Positions 9,090-17,486 of a DNA stretch of 64,000 nt are shown one piece after another. Both the position numbers and the translations under genes were made by a program. Each line of letters starts with the position of its first letter. Positions within the stretch are counted from its first letter, which is position 1. Under the pieces are notes generated by a model. That model saw only the letters and a program-made list of their open reading frames with translations. It was not told where the DNA came from and searched no databases. The DNA comes from a virus, in the IMG/VR virus record IMGVR_UViG_3300031965_000004, positions 1 through 64,000 of that record. The stretch is one strand, 5' to 3'.

Positions 9090-11007
9090 ACTGTAGGTCC
9101 TCCACGCCAGGCTGGGCGGAAGCCCAGGTTGAAGTCTCGGAAAGCCGGCCTGTCCGGGCCCCGGGCGGCTGGACGCGCCCACCAGGCGGAGTGGTGCTGG
9201 CCGCCGCCGCGGCGGCGGCGGCGGCTGGCTGATTATAGAACGCGCTGAAGTCGCTGAAGTCGCTGAAGATGCGGATGGGAGATACCACAGTAGCGGCGGG
9301 GAAGCGTTCTGTGTCGTATAGCGGTTGGCGCCACGCGCGGGAGCCCACGGCGCCAACCGCCGCCGCGCAAGGCCGCGTCGGGTGGATAGGGTCCGAGCTC
9401 TCCTCAACCTCCAGCGGCTCGCCAGGCAGGGCGGAATCCAAAGTTGAATCTCCGCCCTGTGATCGTCCTCCGATCGGCCTGGCGACAGAAGGACGCGGTG
9501 TAGGACCAACTACCGCCGCGACCGACGCGCCGGCCGTAGGGTCCGAGCTCTGCTCACCCTCCGACGACGCGCCAAGCAGGCCTGAAGCCGAGTTCGCTGC
9601 TCCAGTCGCCCCGCCCGTCATTGAATCGCAAGGCCGAGCGGCAGAGGGACGCGGAGTAGCCCCAACCACCGCTCCGGCTGACGCGCTTGCCGTAGGGTCC
9701 GGGCCCTGCTCATCCCCCGCGATAGACGGGTCTGAAGCCGAGGTCGTTGCTCCATCCAAACACGTTTCGGCGGCGCATGGCCGAGCGGCAGACGGACGCA
9801 GCGTAACTCCAGGGGCTGGCACGAAGGACGCGCCAGACGTAGGGTCCGGGCTCTGCTCACCCTCCGCGGCGCCATGCCGGTCTGAAGCCGTGGCAAGCGC
9901 TCCAGATGCCTCGCCCGGCTGTGCCCCGCAAGCCCGACCGACAGATTTGATGGGCGTCGACCCAACCGCCGCCGCGAAAACCGAGTCGGTATGGGTAGGG
10001 TCCGGGCCCTGCTCACCCCCCGCGAATCCGTTCTCAGGCGCGCCCTCGTAATCCCGCGTCCACGCGCTTCGGGTCCATTCGAAGACGTTGCCGACCACGT
10101 CATGCAGTCCCCACGCATTGGGCTTCTTCATGCCGACCGCCTTGTGGCCGTCCCTCCAGTTGCCGCCATACCAGGCGATCTGGTCCAGGTCCGCCAAGGT
10201 GTCCCCGTTGGGATACTGGGTGTTGCTGCCAGCTCGGGTGGCGTATTCCCAGCACGCTTCAGTGGGGAGCTGAAACCCGACACGCTCCCCGGCGTCATTC
10301 CAAAGCCACGCTTGGTAGATCGCCTCGTCGGTCTCGTCGAACGCGAGCAGCCCAAGGATCGCCACGTCGACTTCCCCGTCCTCGCGCCGTGGGTGCGGAG
10401 CCAGGTGCATGGACTCGTCCCCCCACTCAACCTCAGCCCATGAGACCCACGTCTCGTCGGCGGACTTGAACCGCGCGCCAGAGCTACGCGCGAAGTCAAG
10501 CCGGTTGATGCGATCCACGACCTCGCGGCAGTGGTCCCATGACACCGACTCTACGGGGTGATCCCCCCACAACCGGCCGTCCGAGTCCATGCGGCTGAGG
10601 CGGCTTGCCCCGGGGCCTTCTGTCGGGAAGTGGCTCGGCGCCTCGCCCGTAATGCGGAACCACTCGCGCGCGGTGAACGGATACTTCGCCATCAAGAAGG
10701 GCTCGCTGAACACTCGCCTGTGTTGCGGCCTCTCGTCGTCGGATCCCTCGCCTTCAGGACTCCCCATGAGGAACTCCCCGGCGGGAATCAGCACGAAGAC
10801 CGCCCCGGTCGTCCGGTGCCGGAACTCCGGCATACCTTGGGCGTTGGCGGGCAGTTCGGTGAACAGAGTGCTAGTCGCCAACCGCAGCGCGTAGGGCACC
10901 TCGCGCCCCGTGCGCTGATACGCCGCGACCAGACCCCTTGCCGCTTCGAGGTCCCCCTTGTCCGCGTGATACGCCCGCGCTAGCAGGCTGATTCGGTCGT
11001 CGGTCAT
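9043..11007 (-). CDS. FGE-sulfatase (SUMF1 / C-type-lectin fold) domain protein; the fold-completing C-terminus lies in -1-frame cassettes
   Basis: FVLIPAGEFLMGS, ERPQH, HPVESVSW, LPTEACWEYATRAG, KPNAWGLHDVVGNVFEW; the RGG.W and GFR motifs are absent in frame 0. Confidence 0.9.
   Translation of the reverse strand: MTDDRISLLARAYHADKGDLEAARGLVAAYQRTGREVPYALRLATSTLFTELPANAQGMPEFRHRTTGAVFVLIPAGEFLMGSPEGEGSDDERPQHRRVFSEPFLMAKYPFTAREWFRITGEAPSHFPTEGPGASRLSRMDSDGRLWGDHPVESVSWDHCREVVDRINRLDFARSSGARFKSADETWVSWAEVEWGDESMHLAPHPRREDGEVDVAILGLLAFDETDEAIYQAWLWNDAGERVGFQLPTEACWEYATRAGSNTQYPNGDTLADLDQIAWYGGNWRDGHKAVGMKKPNAWGLHDVVGNVFEWTRSAWTRDYEGAPENGFAGGEQGPDPTHTDSVFAAAVGSTPIKSVGRACGAQPGEASGALATASDRHGAAEGEQSPDPTSGASFVPAPGVTLRPSAARPCAAETCLDGATTSASDPSIAGDEQGPDPTASASAGAVVGATPRPSAARPCDSMTGGATGAANSASGLLGASSEGEQSSDPTAGASVAAVVGPTPRPSVARPIGGRSQGGDSTLDSALPGEPLEVEESSDPIHPTRPCAAAVGAVGSRAWRQPLYDTERFPAATVVSPIRIFSDFSDFSAFYNQPAAAAAAAAASTTPPGGRVQPPGARTGRLSETSTWASAQPGVEDLQYESRRDRSVGVADVL
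9233..9391 (-). other. Divergent or degenerate cassette 5 (-1 frame)
   Basis: PYPPDAALRGGGWRRGLPRVAPTAIRHRTLPRRYCGISHPHLQRLQRLQRVL*; lacks GFR. Confidence 0.65.
9404..9541 (-). other. Alternative C-terminal cassette 4 (-1 frame)
   Basis: PYGRRVGRGGSWSYTASFCRQADRRTITGRRFNFGFRPAWRAAGG*. Confidence 0.9.
9554..9697 (-). other. Alternative C-terminal cassette 3 (-1 frame)
   Basis: PYGKRVSRSGGWGYSASLCRSALRFNDGRGDWSSELGFRPAWRVVGG*. Confidence 0.9.
9710..9844 (-). other. Alternative C-terminal cassette 2 (-1 frame)
   Basis: PYVWRVLRASPWSYAASVCRSAMRRRNVFGWSNDLGFRPVYRGG*. Confidence 0.9.
9857..10000 (-). other. Alternative C-terminal cassette 1 (-1 frame)
   Basis: PYPYRLGFRGGGWVDAHQICRSGLRGTAGRGIWSACHGFRPAWRRGG*. 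Confidence 0.9.
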
Positions 11008-11546
11008 TTGGCGGCCTTCTCTGTGATCTTTCGCTGTGCGCTCTTGACGTGAGCGAACGTGTCGCCGCGCACAGCCGCGCTGGCGGCGGCCTTGCTGACG
11101 CCGAACTCGCGCGCCAAGTCAGCCGCCTTCTCGCCGGCCGCGCAACGCTCGCGCATCTCTCGGACGCAGCAGTCGCGCAGCTTGCTCTTGGGGTGGCGGT
11201 TGCCGCGAGGAGTCCGCCCGTTGCGCTGCGCGTCGGCAGCGTTCTGCTTGCGAGTCCCCCAATAGAGGTTCTCCAAGTGGTTGTTCTCCTTGTTGTCGTC
11301 CTTGTGGAGCGCGAGCAACCCAGGCGGCCGGGGCCCGACGAAGGCTTCGAGGACAAGAACGTGGACGCCAACGACCCGACGCTTGCCCCCAGGAAGATAG
11401 AGCGTCACCCGCAAGTGCCCTCGGTTTCCAAGCCCGACCGCGAGCGCCTGGCCCGAGGCGTTCTGCACCACGCCCGTATTGCTGACGCGGTAGGCGGAAA
11501 ACCTGTCGCGTAGGTATCCCACGGGCAGCCAACAAACGTCGGTCAC
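11004..11546 (-). CDS. HNH endonuclease (NUMOD4/HNH_3 type) with C-terminal HTH
   Basis: YRVSNTG; VHVLVLEAFVGPRP..LHKDDNKENNHLENLYWGTRKQN. Confidence 0.9.
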   Translation of the reverse strand: MTDVCWLPVGYLRDRFSAYRVSNTGVVQNASGQALAVGLGNRGHLRVTLYLPGGKRRVVGVHVLVLEAFVGPRPPGLLALHKDDNKENNHLENLYWGTRKQNAADAQRNGRTPRGNRHPKSKLRDCCVREMRERCAAGEKAADLAREFGVSKAAASAAVRGDTFAHVKSAQRKITEKAAK

Positions 11547-12007
11547 AGGCGGCTCCTGATCTCTTGCGTCTGCTCGGACGTGAGCGTCCACAACGACTGC
11601 CGACCTTTGAGCTTGTAGGGATCACGGAGACGCTTGACGTCTTCCAAGTGGTAGGCGAAGCGCCCGGGGCGCCAGTCGCCGAACGCCTGCTCGAGCGGGT
11701 GCGTGGCTGCGATCACCTCCGGCGTCATTTCGACGCAATCGACGAGCTCCGCAACGGCCACGACAGCTCCGAACGGGAAGTCCCTCCCCGGCCCGGGGAC
11801 GAAGGCCCCCGGCTCCGCCTCGAGCAGTTCCGCAAGGCGAAGCGACGCCGCCAGTTGACCCGGGCCCCAGACCTTGGCTGCGTGAATCGCGATCGGCCCG
11901 CGGTGGTGCGTGCGCCGGCCTCGAGTCTCCACCCGCTTCCACCCGCGGGCGATCGAACTCGCCCAAGGCTGCCAGAGCGAAAGGCAGCGCATGGCTTCGT
12001 CGCTCAT
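11543..12007 (-). CDS. ASCH domain protein
   Basis: LSLWQPWAS..GWKRVETR..HRGPIAIHA..GRQSLW. Confidence 0.9.
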   Translation of the reverse strand: MSDEAMRCLSLWQPWASSIARGWKRVETRGRRTHHRGPIAIHAAKVWGPGQLAASLRLAELLEAEPGAFVPGPGRDFPFGAVVAVAELVDCVEMTPEVIAATHPLEQAFGDWRPGRFAYHLEDVKRLRDPYKLKGRQSLWTLTSEQTQEIRSRL

Positions 12008-12720
12008 CGCGCCCTCGCCCGCCGCTTGCCCGGGGCCGGCTTCTTCGTGCCCACGTCTTCTCGCTTGAGCATCCCGGCCGCGATCGCTTCCTCGACGCTG
12101 CAAACCCCGCCCGGGTGGAGGTGGTAGCCCGTGTCGTGCCCCCAACAATTCCACCCGAAGATCGAGTTTCTAGCAAACAATTCCAGGTAGGGGCCCTGGA
12201 GCTTAGCCTTCGCCCAGTCGTAGACCATCAGCGGCTTGGCGCTGTGCTCCTTGATCGGGGCGTAGAACTGCCGCTTGGATCCGCAGAGCAGACCGAGCAC
12301 GTTGTCGCGCTTCTCGCCTCTCTTGCTCGCTCTCCCCCCAGGGGACTTGGCCTTGCCCCTGCGGAAGATCAAGACCAGTTCGCTCGTGGACTGCGCCCAG
12401 AATCCGATCCCCGTCCGAACGTCGCCACTGGACGGGGAGACCTTGATCCAGGGGTAGCCGGTCACGTAGGACTCCTCGGGGAACCCCCAGGCAGCGGCGA
12501 CGTTGAAGGCGTCCGGGATCTTGGGCCACGTCGCGTAGAGATAGAGGACGCAATCCTCGTCAGCCCACGAACCAACCGGGATCTCGGAGAGGGCGGCGGC
12601 CTCGGTGCAGACGTAGTGCGTCTTCGCGGCGCCGTTCTGCTTGGTCCGCATGTTCCGGTATTCCCAGTTCGGGTCCGCCAGAATGAACTTGGCCTTGAGG
12701 GGATTGGCCACTTCACTCAC
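12004..12720 (-). CDS. MT-A70 family adenine methyltransferase
   Basis: ILADPNW (DPPW variant), AWGF, HSAKP, YLELFAR..GWNCWG. Confidence 0.9.
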   Translation of the reverse strand: MSEVANPLKAKFILADPNWEYRNMRTKQNGAAKTHYVCTEAAALSEIPVGSWADEDCVLYLYATWPKIPDAFNVAAAWGFPEESYVTGYPWIKVSPSSGDVRTGIGFWAQSTSELVLIFRRGKAKSPGGRASKRGEKRDNVLGLLCGSKRQFYAPIKEHSAKPLMVYDWAKAKLQGPYLELFARNSIFGWNCWGHDTGYHLHPGGVCSVEEAIAAGMLKREDVGTKKPAPGKRRARAR

Positions 12721-12730
12721 CGAACAGGCT

Positions 12731-13390
12731 CTATTGGCCCGAGGCCATCAGGGGGTCGCGAGTCAGCGGAGCTAGTTCAGGGCCCATGCGCGCGAGCAAG
12801 ATCGCCACGCACTTGTCGGGCGAGTCCTTGCTGCTCCGCGGGTTCGTGGGATCGGCGCGCAGGTCGAGGGCCGGGTAGAGATCGGAGACGCGGTGGATCA
12901 CGTTCACCTGGCCCTCGCGACGCTGCTTCGCCTTGCGCGCGTTGTCCGCCTTCTTCCAGACGGCGAGCGCCTCCTTTTCTGCCGCCGTCCGCTTCTTGCC
13001 CTTCGCGACCGGCTCAGGCGTCTTGGGGATCCGCGGCACGGGACACCCGGAGTGCTTGCGCCACGCCTGCGAGCGGACCTCGTGCAAGGCGATCCCAGCC
13101 ATGAACAGCATGCCCTTGGTGATCCCGTAGCCCTGGCCCTGCGTCAGGAAGCTGTGCGGGTTGCCTCGGCCGAACCCAGCCATCTGTTCCTCGATCACCC
13201 AAGCCACAACCGTGAACTCGACCTGGAGCCCCTCGATCAAGCGCTTGCGTGCGGCCCGGTCCGTCGTCTCCCCCTTCCCGTCGCGGAAGGGCGTTGGGCA
13301 ACACCCTATGAACTCGAGCGTGTAGGCGTTGAGCCAGGCTATGAAGCCGGCCTTGCCGGGGTCCTCCCCCACGTAGATCGGTGTCGTCAT
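12731..13390 (-). CDS. RuvC-like Holliday junction resolvase
   Basis: YVGEDPGKAGFIA, VIEE, SFLTQGQGYG, W.K, and a C-terminal D..AILLA. Confidence 0.7.
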   Translation of the reverse strand: MTTPIYVGEDPGKAGFIAWLNAYTLEFIGCCPTPFRDGKGETTDRAARKRLIEGLQVEFTVVAWVIEEQMAGFGRGNPHSFLTQGQGYGITKGMLFMAGIALHEVRSQAWRKHSGCPVPRIPKTPEPVAKGKKRTAAEKEALAVWKKADNARKAKQRREGQVNVIHRVSDLYPALDLRADPTNPRSSKDSPDKCVAILLARMGPELAPLTRDPLMASGQ

Positions 13391-13647
13391 GATGTTGATT
13401 CCTCGTCTTTGGGTTGTCTCGGCGCGCGCCAAGTCGCAGTGCAGCTTGGACAGAGGTGGATATAGCCGTGGTCGTCGTGAAAGGGCTCCGACCACCCCGC
13501 GCGATTCATTGCGTTGTTGAAAGCGCAGGACATTTGGTGCGAATGGGCGTGGCTCAGGTCAAGCAGGACGGTTTGCTTGCAGAAGAGACTCGTGCCGGCA
13601 AGCTTGCCGTCGCAGGCGACAGTCGCCGAGCGAGCGGCGATCGTCAT
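13387..13647 (-). CDS. Small Cys-containing hypothetical protein
   Basis: Coupled ATGA start; CD...C and CPSC. Confidence 0.6.
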   Translation of the reverse strand: MTIAARSATVACDGKLAGTSLFCKQTVLLDLSHAHSHQMSCAFNNAMNRAGWSEPFHDDHGYIHLCPSCTATWRAPRQPKDEESTS

Positions 13648-13856
13648 TCGTCGACCGCCGGCTCCCCGGCGACCCACGCAGGGCGGGGAGCGGGGACGCG
13701 CGGAATCGAGTTGGCGTGGCGAACGAGCACGCGAGCAACTTCCCGCGCCTCGTCGACCGACAAATACTCGCGGTCCCCATAGATTTCGACATACAGCGCG
13801 CCATGCACAACGCCGATCGTCATACCGCGACACGGGAACAAAATCTCATTTACCAC
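13644..13856 (-). CDS. Hypothetical protein
   Basis: Coupled within the operon. Confidence 0.6.
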   Translation of the reverse strand: MVNEILFPCRGMTIGVVHGALYVEIYGDREYLSVDEAREVARVLVRHANSIPRVPAPRPAWVAGEPAVDE

Positions 13857-15250
13857 AAGCCCTTCTTTCTCGTCACGCGCAGAGATCGCGTTTGCAACCG
13901 CCCGCCTTGGCGCCCTGCGATCTGAACGCCCAACCGCGCTCGCTTCGCGTCGTCTACAACGTCCGCGATCAGGCCCTGCACCTTCTGGTGTTTGATCTGG
14001 CAGACCACGGCTGCGATCTCCTCGAGCGGGCGCCCGGTGACCTCGTGAATGTCCAAGAGAACGCCGATCACGTCCGTGTATGCCGGGTCGACCCGGGTCT
14101 TGGAGAGCGCGGCGGCGTAGAACCCCGCGTTGTATTTCGTCTTGAGGCCGAGCTGGGCCTCGATCGCGGCGCGAACGTCCGAACGTCGCTGCTTGTGGAT
14201 CTTGTAGAGCTCGTTGCTGACGTAGTATTCGCGCAGCAAAGCGCTCAACTTGAGCGCGCCGAGCCCGCCGACGTGCGCGTCCTTGTCCTGACCCCGCTTG
14301 ACCAATGCTGCGTAGGCGGGGCAGGCGGGGAACTCGGCGTCGCCGTCCCGGTAGGGACAGAGCCGGCAGTGGTCACCCACGGTGGGCTTGTCGTAGCCCA
14401 CGTCCATGAGGTTCTGCGCGGAGACGATCCGACTGAAGGCCGCCCGCTCGTATTCGGGTGTCCACGGGATCCGCTGCTTCTCGCCAAGGCGCACGAAGTC
14501 CAACTCGAACAGGATCGAGCGCGCCTTCGGCCACTCGCGCCGAGCCCAGCCCAGGTAGACGCCCGGCTGGGCGTTTGTCTCCAACTTCTCGTCTGACCAC
14601 AGGTCGCGGTCGGACTTGTAGTCGACGACTACGACGGCGTCAACCACCTCTCCCTTGTGGTAAAGATCCACGCGGTCGATCTTTCCGCCGACGCGCAACG
14701 TCTGCCGGCCGGGGATCCGGTAGTCGACAAGTAGCTCCGTCGAGTAGGTGTTGGAGAAGTCCACGGGCCCTCGAGCCTGAATGATCTCGCGGGCCTCGGC
14801 GAACATGGCGTCCGTGGGCCGGTAGTCCAGGTCGTTCTCGCGAGCGAGTTGGGCCTCTTGGTGCTCGAGCAAGAAGAGGAGCTCAGCGACGCTCGCCTTG
14901 CATGGAATGATGCTGTTGTGCCGGGGGCCGGTGGCGGCGCTCGCCCGCCGCCTCCCCGCGTCGTCGTAGGCCCCGTGGACCAGCTTGCCGACGACGGCCT
15001 CGGGCCCGGTCGGCGCCTCGCGCTTGTCCTTGTAGCGGTAGGTGTGAGCCAGCCCGCATTCCTCCGCGGACGCGATCTTGGTTGGCGAGGTCACGTCCGG
15101 GTCGAACCGACGCGGCGCGCGAGGCTTGGGCGCGTCCTTCAACCACCATGGCCTGGAGTCGACGGTGTCTTGCTCGCCACCGAATAGCGGGATCGGTGGA
15201 TCCTCCACTTGCTTGGCGAAGGTGTCGTCGTGGTCGTGGTCGTGGCTCAT
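13850..15250 (-). CDS. PD-(D/E)XK RecB/Cas4-like exonuclease
   Basis: SPT..C, GKLVH, GKIDRVD, VDYKS, Q..Y, CRLCPY...C. Confidence 0.85.
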   Translation of the reverse strand: MSHDHDHDDTFAKQVEDPPIPLFGGEQDTVDSRPWWLKDAPKPRAPRRFDPDVTSPTKIASAEECGLAHTYRYKDKREAPTGPEAVVGKLVHGAYDDAGRRRASAATGPRHNSIIPCKASVAELLFLLEHQEAQLARENDLDYRPTDAMFAEAREIIQARGPVDFSNTYSTELLVDYRIPGRQTLRVGGKIDRVDLYHKGEVVDAVVVVDYKSDRDLWSDEKLETNAQPGVYLGWARREWPKARSILFELDFVRLGEKQRIPWTPEYERAAFSRIVSAQNLMDVGYDKPTVGDHCRLCPYRDGDAEFPACPAYAALVKRGQDKDAHVGGLGALKLSALLREYYVSNELYKIHKQRRSDVRAAIEAQLGLKTKYNAGFYAAALSKTRVDPAYTDVIGVLLDIHEVTGRPLEEIAAVVCQIKHQKVQGLIADVVDDAKRARLGVQIAGRQGGRLQTRSLRVTRKKGLW

Positions 15251-15301
15251 GGCGAATCCGGGCCGAAGCGCCCGCGGCGACGAGGCCGCGGGCGAGCTCC
15301 G

Positions 15302-15961
15302 CTAGCCCCCCCAGCCTCGCCCGCCGTAGGTCTGACCCTGGCCCTGCTGCTGGCCGTAGCCCTGCTGGGGGGCCGGCTGGCCCTGCTGGCCCTGCTGCTG
15401 GCCGTAGGTCTGATCGGGGGGATGTTGACCGTAGGTATGGCCGTAGCCCTGCTGCTGGGGCTGCTGGCCGTAGCCCTGCTGGGGGGGCGGGCCCTGCTGC
15501 TGACCGTAGCCCTGTTGCGGGGGCTGCTGAGGGGGCATGTGGCCGATCTGCCGGCCAGCCATGCGGCCGACCGTCGTGAAGCGCTTCAGGTGCATCTTGG
15601 GCGTGTTGCTTGTCCGCGACGGCTCGAAGTCCGCGACGAACCGCGCCTGGCTCAAGTGGTTGGGTGTGATCTCGATCCCCTCCGGTCCGTCAGCGTTGTA
15701 GAGCTCGGCCGGGAGGAGGGCGGCGAAGGCGTTGTCGACGTTGAAGCCGTTGTCGAGGAAGAGGCGGTGGAAGAACTTGATCTTCTTCCCGTCCCTCATG
15801 GTGAGGCCGAGAATCATCAGCCACCACCCCTTCTCCGTCGACTGATCCTTGCAGCCGAGCACGACTCCTTGGTGCTCCCCAGGGGGGAACGTGTCGACGA
15901 TCTCGTATTCGCTGTCGTTGGTGGGCGCCCCACGTTGGGACCTTGCGGGCAGGTAAACCAT
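15302..15961 (-). CDS. Putative ssDNA-binding protein with Gln/Gly-rich tail
   Basis: FPPGEH OB-like N-terminal domain; QQGYG repeats; lies between an exonuclease and an annealing protein. Confidence 0.5.
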   Translation of the reverse strand: MVYLPARSQRGAPTNDSEYEIVDTFPPGEHQGVVLGCKDQSTEKGWWLMILGLTMRDGKKIKFFHRLFLDNGFNVDNAFAALLPAELYNADGPEGIEITPNHLSQARFVADFEPSRTSNTPKMHLKRFTTVGRMAGRQIGHMPPQQPPQQGYGQQQGPPPQQGYGQQPQQQGYGHTYGQHPPDQTYGQQQGQQGQPAPQQGYGQQQGQGQTYGGRGWGG

Positions 15962-15979
15962 TGAACTCTCTCGTCTTTC

Positions 15980-17113
15980 TTACGGGAAGGAGGGGGTTGT
16001 GACAGGTGACATGAGGCAGGCCCAAAGGGTCTGGGCGACGGTCGGCGGGTTACCGGCGGCCATTTCGTAGCCGGTGCCGGCGAACGCGGCCTCGACCGCA
16101 GCTCCGCTGCCGCCGTGACTCACCATGAGGATCTGGCGCACGTCCTCCTCGAGGCGAGCGTCGAACGCTCGCACCGACCCCATGGGGTCGCCGTGGACCG
16201 CGGCGACGAGCGCATCCGCGAGCCCAGACGGGTAGCCGTTCTCGTGGAGAGCTCCCACCCAATCGGCCATGACGAACTGGACCGCGACCGACCGCTCCCA
16301 CCCCTTGGACCAGAGATAGGCCACCTTGGCCTCCTGGGAAGGGTCGCGACTGATCGCCCCCGACGCTGCCGGCCCCGCGTCATGGTCTTGCTGCTGACCG
16401 ATCGGCCGATTGAACGCCTCCTCGGCCATGTTCGCGAGTTGCTGATCGACCGGAAGTTGAGCCTGTTGCTGTTGCCTCTGTTCGTAGGGGCTAGGCTTCT
16501 GGCCAGACGCAGTGGGGGCGGGAGGCTGGGAGTAGGTGACCGCAGGCGGCGAGGGCGGCGGAGGCGTGGGCGGCGAGGGCGGCGGCGGAGGTGGAGGTGG
16601 AGGTGCGGGCGCGGTTTGCACGTAGGGCCCTGTTCGTGCGGCCGATCGAGCGAACTGCTCGATCTTGTCTTCGTCGTGCTCAATGAACCCGGTCAGGCCC
16701 TTGAGGAAACGGCGGTGCGCGCGCGTGAGCCCGCCGGCCTGGTCGTTGTGCGTCGTGTCGCTGACCCAATCCTGGCGGTAGACCATGCCCTCGTTTGTCT
16801 CTTTGCACCAAACGAGGTAGTAGATTTTCTGGATCGCACTACGTCCGTCCGGCGCCACGTCGACGGACACGGACACGCGCGTGTATCCGAGCGAGAACGC
16901 GGACAGGACGCCCTGAAGGAAGGGGATCATTTGGTCGCTGTCGAGGACCGGATACTTCATGCCTGGCTTCTCTTCGCGACCCGGCGCCAGCGCCCACAAC
17001 GCCTCCGACCTCGAGCCGTCGTGAAACGCACCGACTTTCGAGAGAAGGGCTGGGCCTGGCTGGAACCTGGCAGAGAGGCTCGCGACCTCGGCGGGAAGCG
17101 CGTCAGCGCTCAC
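15980..17113 (-). CDS. Putative ERF-like single-strand annealing protein
   Basis: QAGGLTRAHRRFLKGLTGFIEHDED resembles the ERF GS..TYA.RY.L...G...DD motif; fits the gene context. Confidence 0.5.
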   Translation of the reverse strand: MSADALPAEVASLSARFQPGPALLSKVGAFHDGSRSEALWALAPGREEKPGMKYPVLDSDQMIPFLQGVLSAFSLGYTRVSVSVDVAPDGRSAIQKIYYLVWCKETNEGMVYRQDWVSDTTHNDQAGGLTRAHRRFLKGLTGFIEHDEDKIEQFARSAARTGPYVQTAPAPPPPPPPPPSPPTPPPPSPPAVTYSQPPAPTASGQKPSPYEQRQQQQAQLPVDQQLANMAEEAFNRPIGQQQDHDAGPAASGAISRDPSQEAKVAYLWSKGWERSVAVQFVMADWVGALHENGYPSGLADALVAAVHGDPMGSVRAFDARLEEDVRQILMVSHGGSGAAVEAAFAGTGYEMAAGNPPTVAQTLWACLMSPVTTPSFP

Positions 17114-17331
17114 AGCGACTCCGTCACGAGCGCAGCCAGTTTGCTCCGCGGCGTCTTCATGAACGCGCTCAGGCCGTGGCTGAGCGCGGCCCGGAGGACG
17201 GTCGAGCGAGGAGTCCCCAACCCGAGCAGTCCGGCGATCTTCTCCGCGTCGCCCGGCACGCCGGGTTGGACCCGGAACGTGAGCTGAACCATGATCTCCT
17301 TGTCGTCCCCGGTCTTTGTGGTCTTGGCCAT
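17110..17331 (-). CDS. Ribbon-helix-helix-like regulator
   Basis: VQLTFRV..RSTVLRAALSHGL; first gene of a divergent operon. Confidence 0.6.
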   Translation of the reverse strand: MAKTTKTGDDKEIMVQLTFRVQPGVPGDAEKIAGLLGLGTPRSTVLRAALSHGLSAFMKTPRSKLAALVTESL

Positions 17332-17486
17332 GTTTCGTCTCCCCCGCGTTGGTGTTTCTTGGCTAAGCCGAAGTTCTACCGATCGCCTACGACATTCTCG
17401 GAACTTTTCGTAAGTCGTTACCCGGGCACGGTCGTCGGCGGCTGTCGGAGGCGGTGGGTAAACTTCGCCCCAACGCCCGGCGGACC

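Larger units (their letters stand above)
9386..10021 (-). repeat. Five 27-nt direct repeats GG[AG]GG[GAT]TGAG[CG]AG[AG]GC[CT]CGGACCCTA[CT]
   Basis: Copies at 9995-10021, 9839-9865, 9692-9718, 9536-9562 and 9386-9412; periods 156, 147, 156 and 150 nt. Confidence 0.95.

Noticed and set aside
9043-9990. Frame-0 tail of the 654-aa ORF as a folded domain
   Set aside because: It is low-complexity Ala/Ser/Pro/Gly sequence, and the conserved fold motifs lie in the -1 frame.
9386-10021. CRISPR array
   Set aside because: The intervening segments are 120-129 nt long, homologous to each other and protein-coding, and there is no cas operon. The PD-(D/E)XK gene sits in a recombination module.
9233-11007. 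Classical diversity-generating retroelement
   Set aside because: No reverse transcriptase or Avd was recognised in the window. The cassettes differ at all base types and in length, not only at adenines relative to a template repeat.
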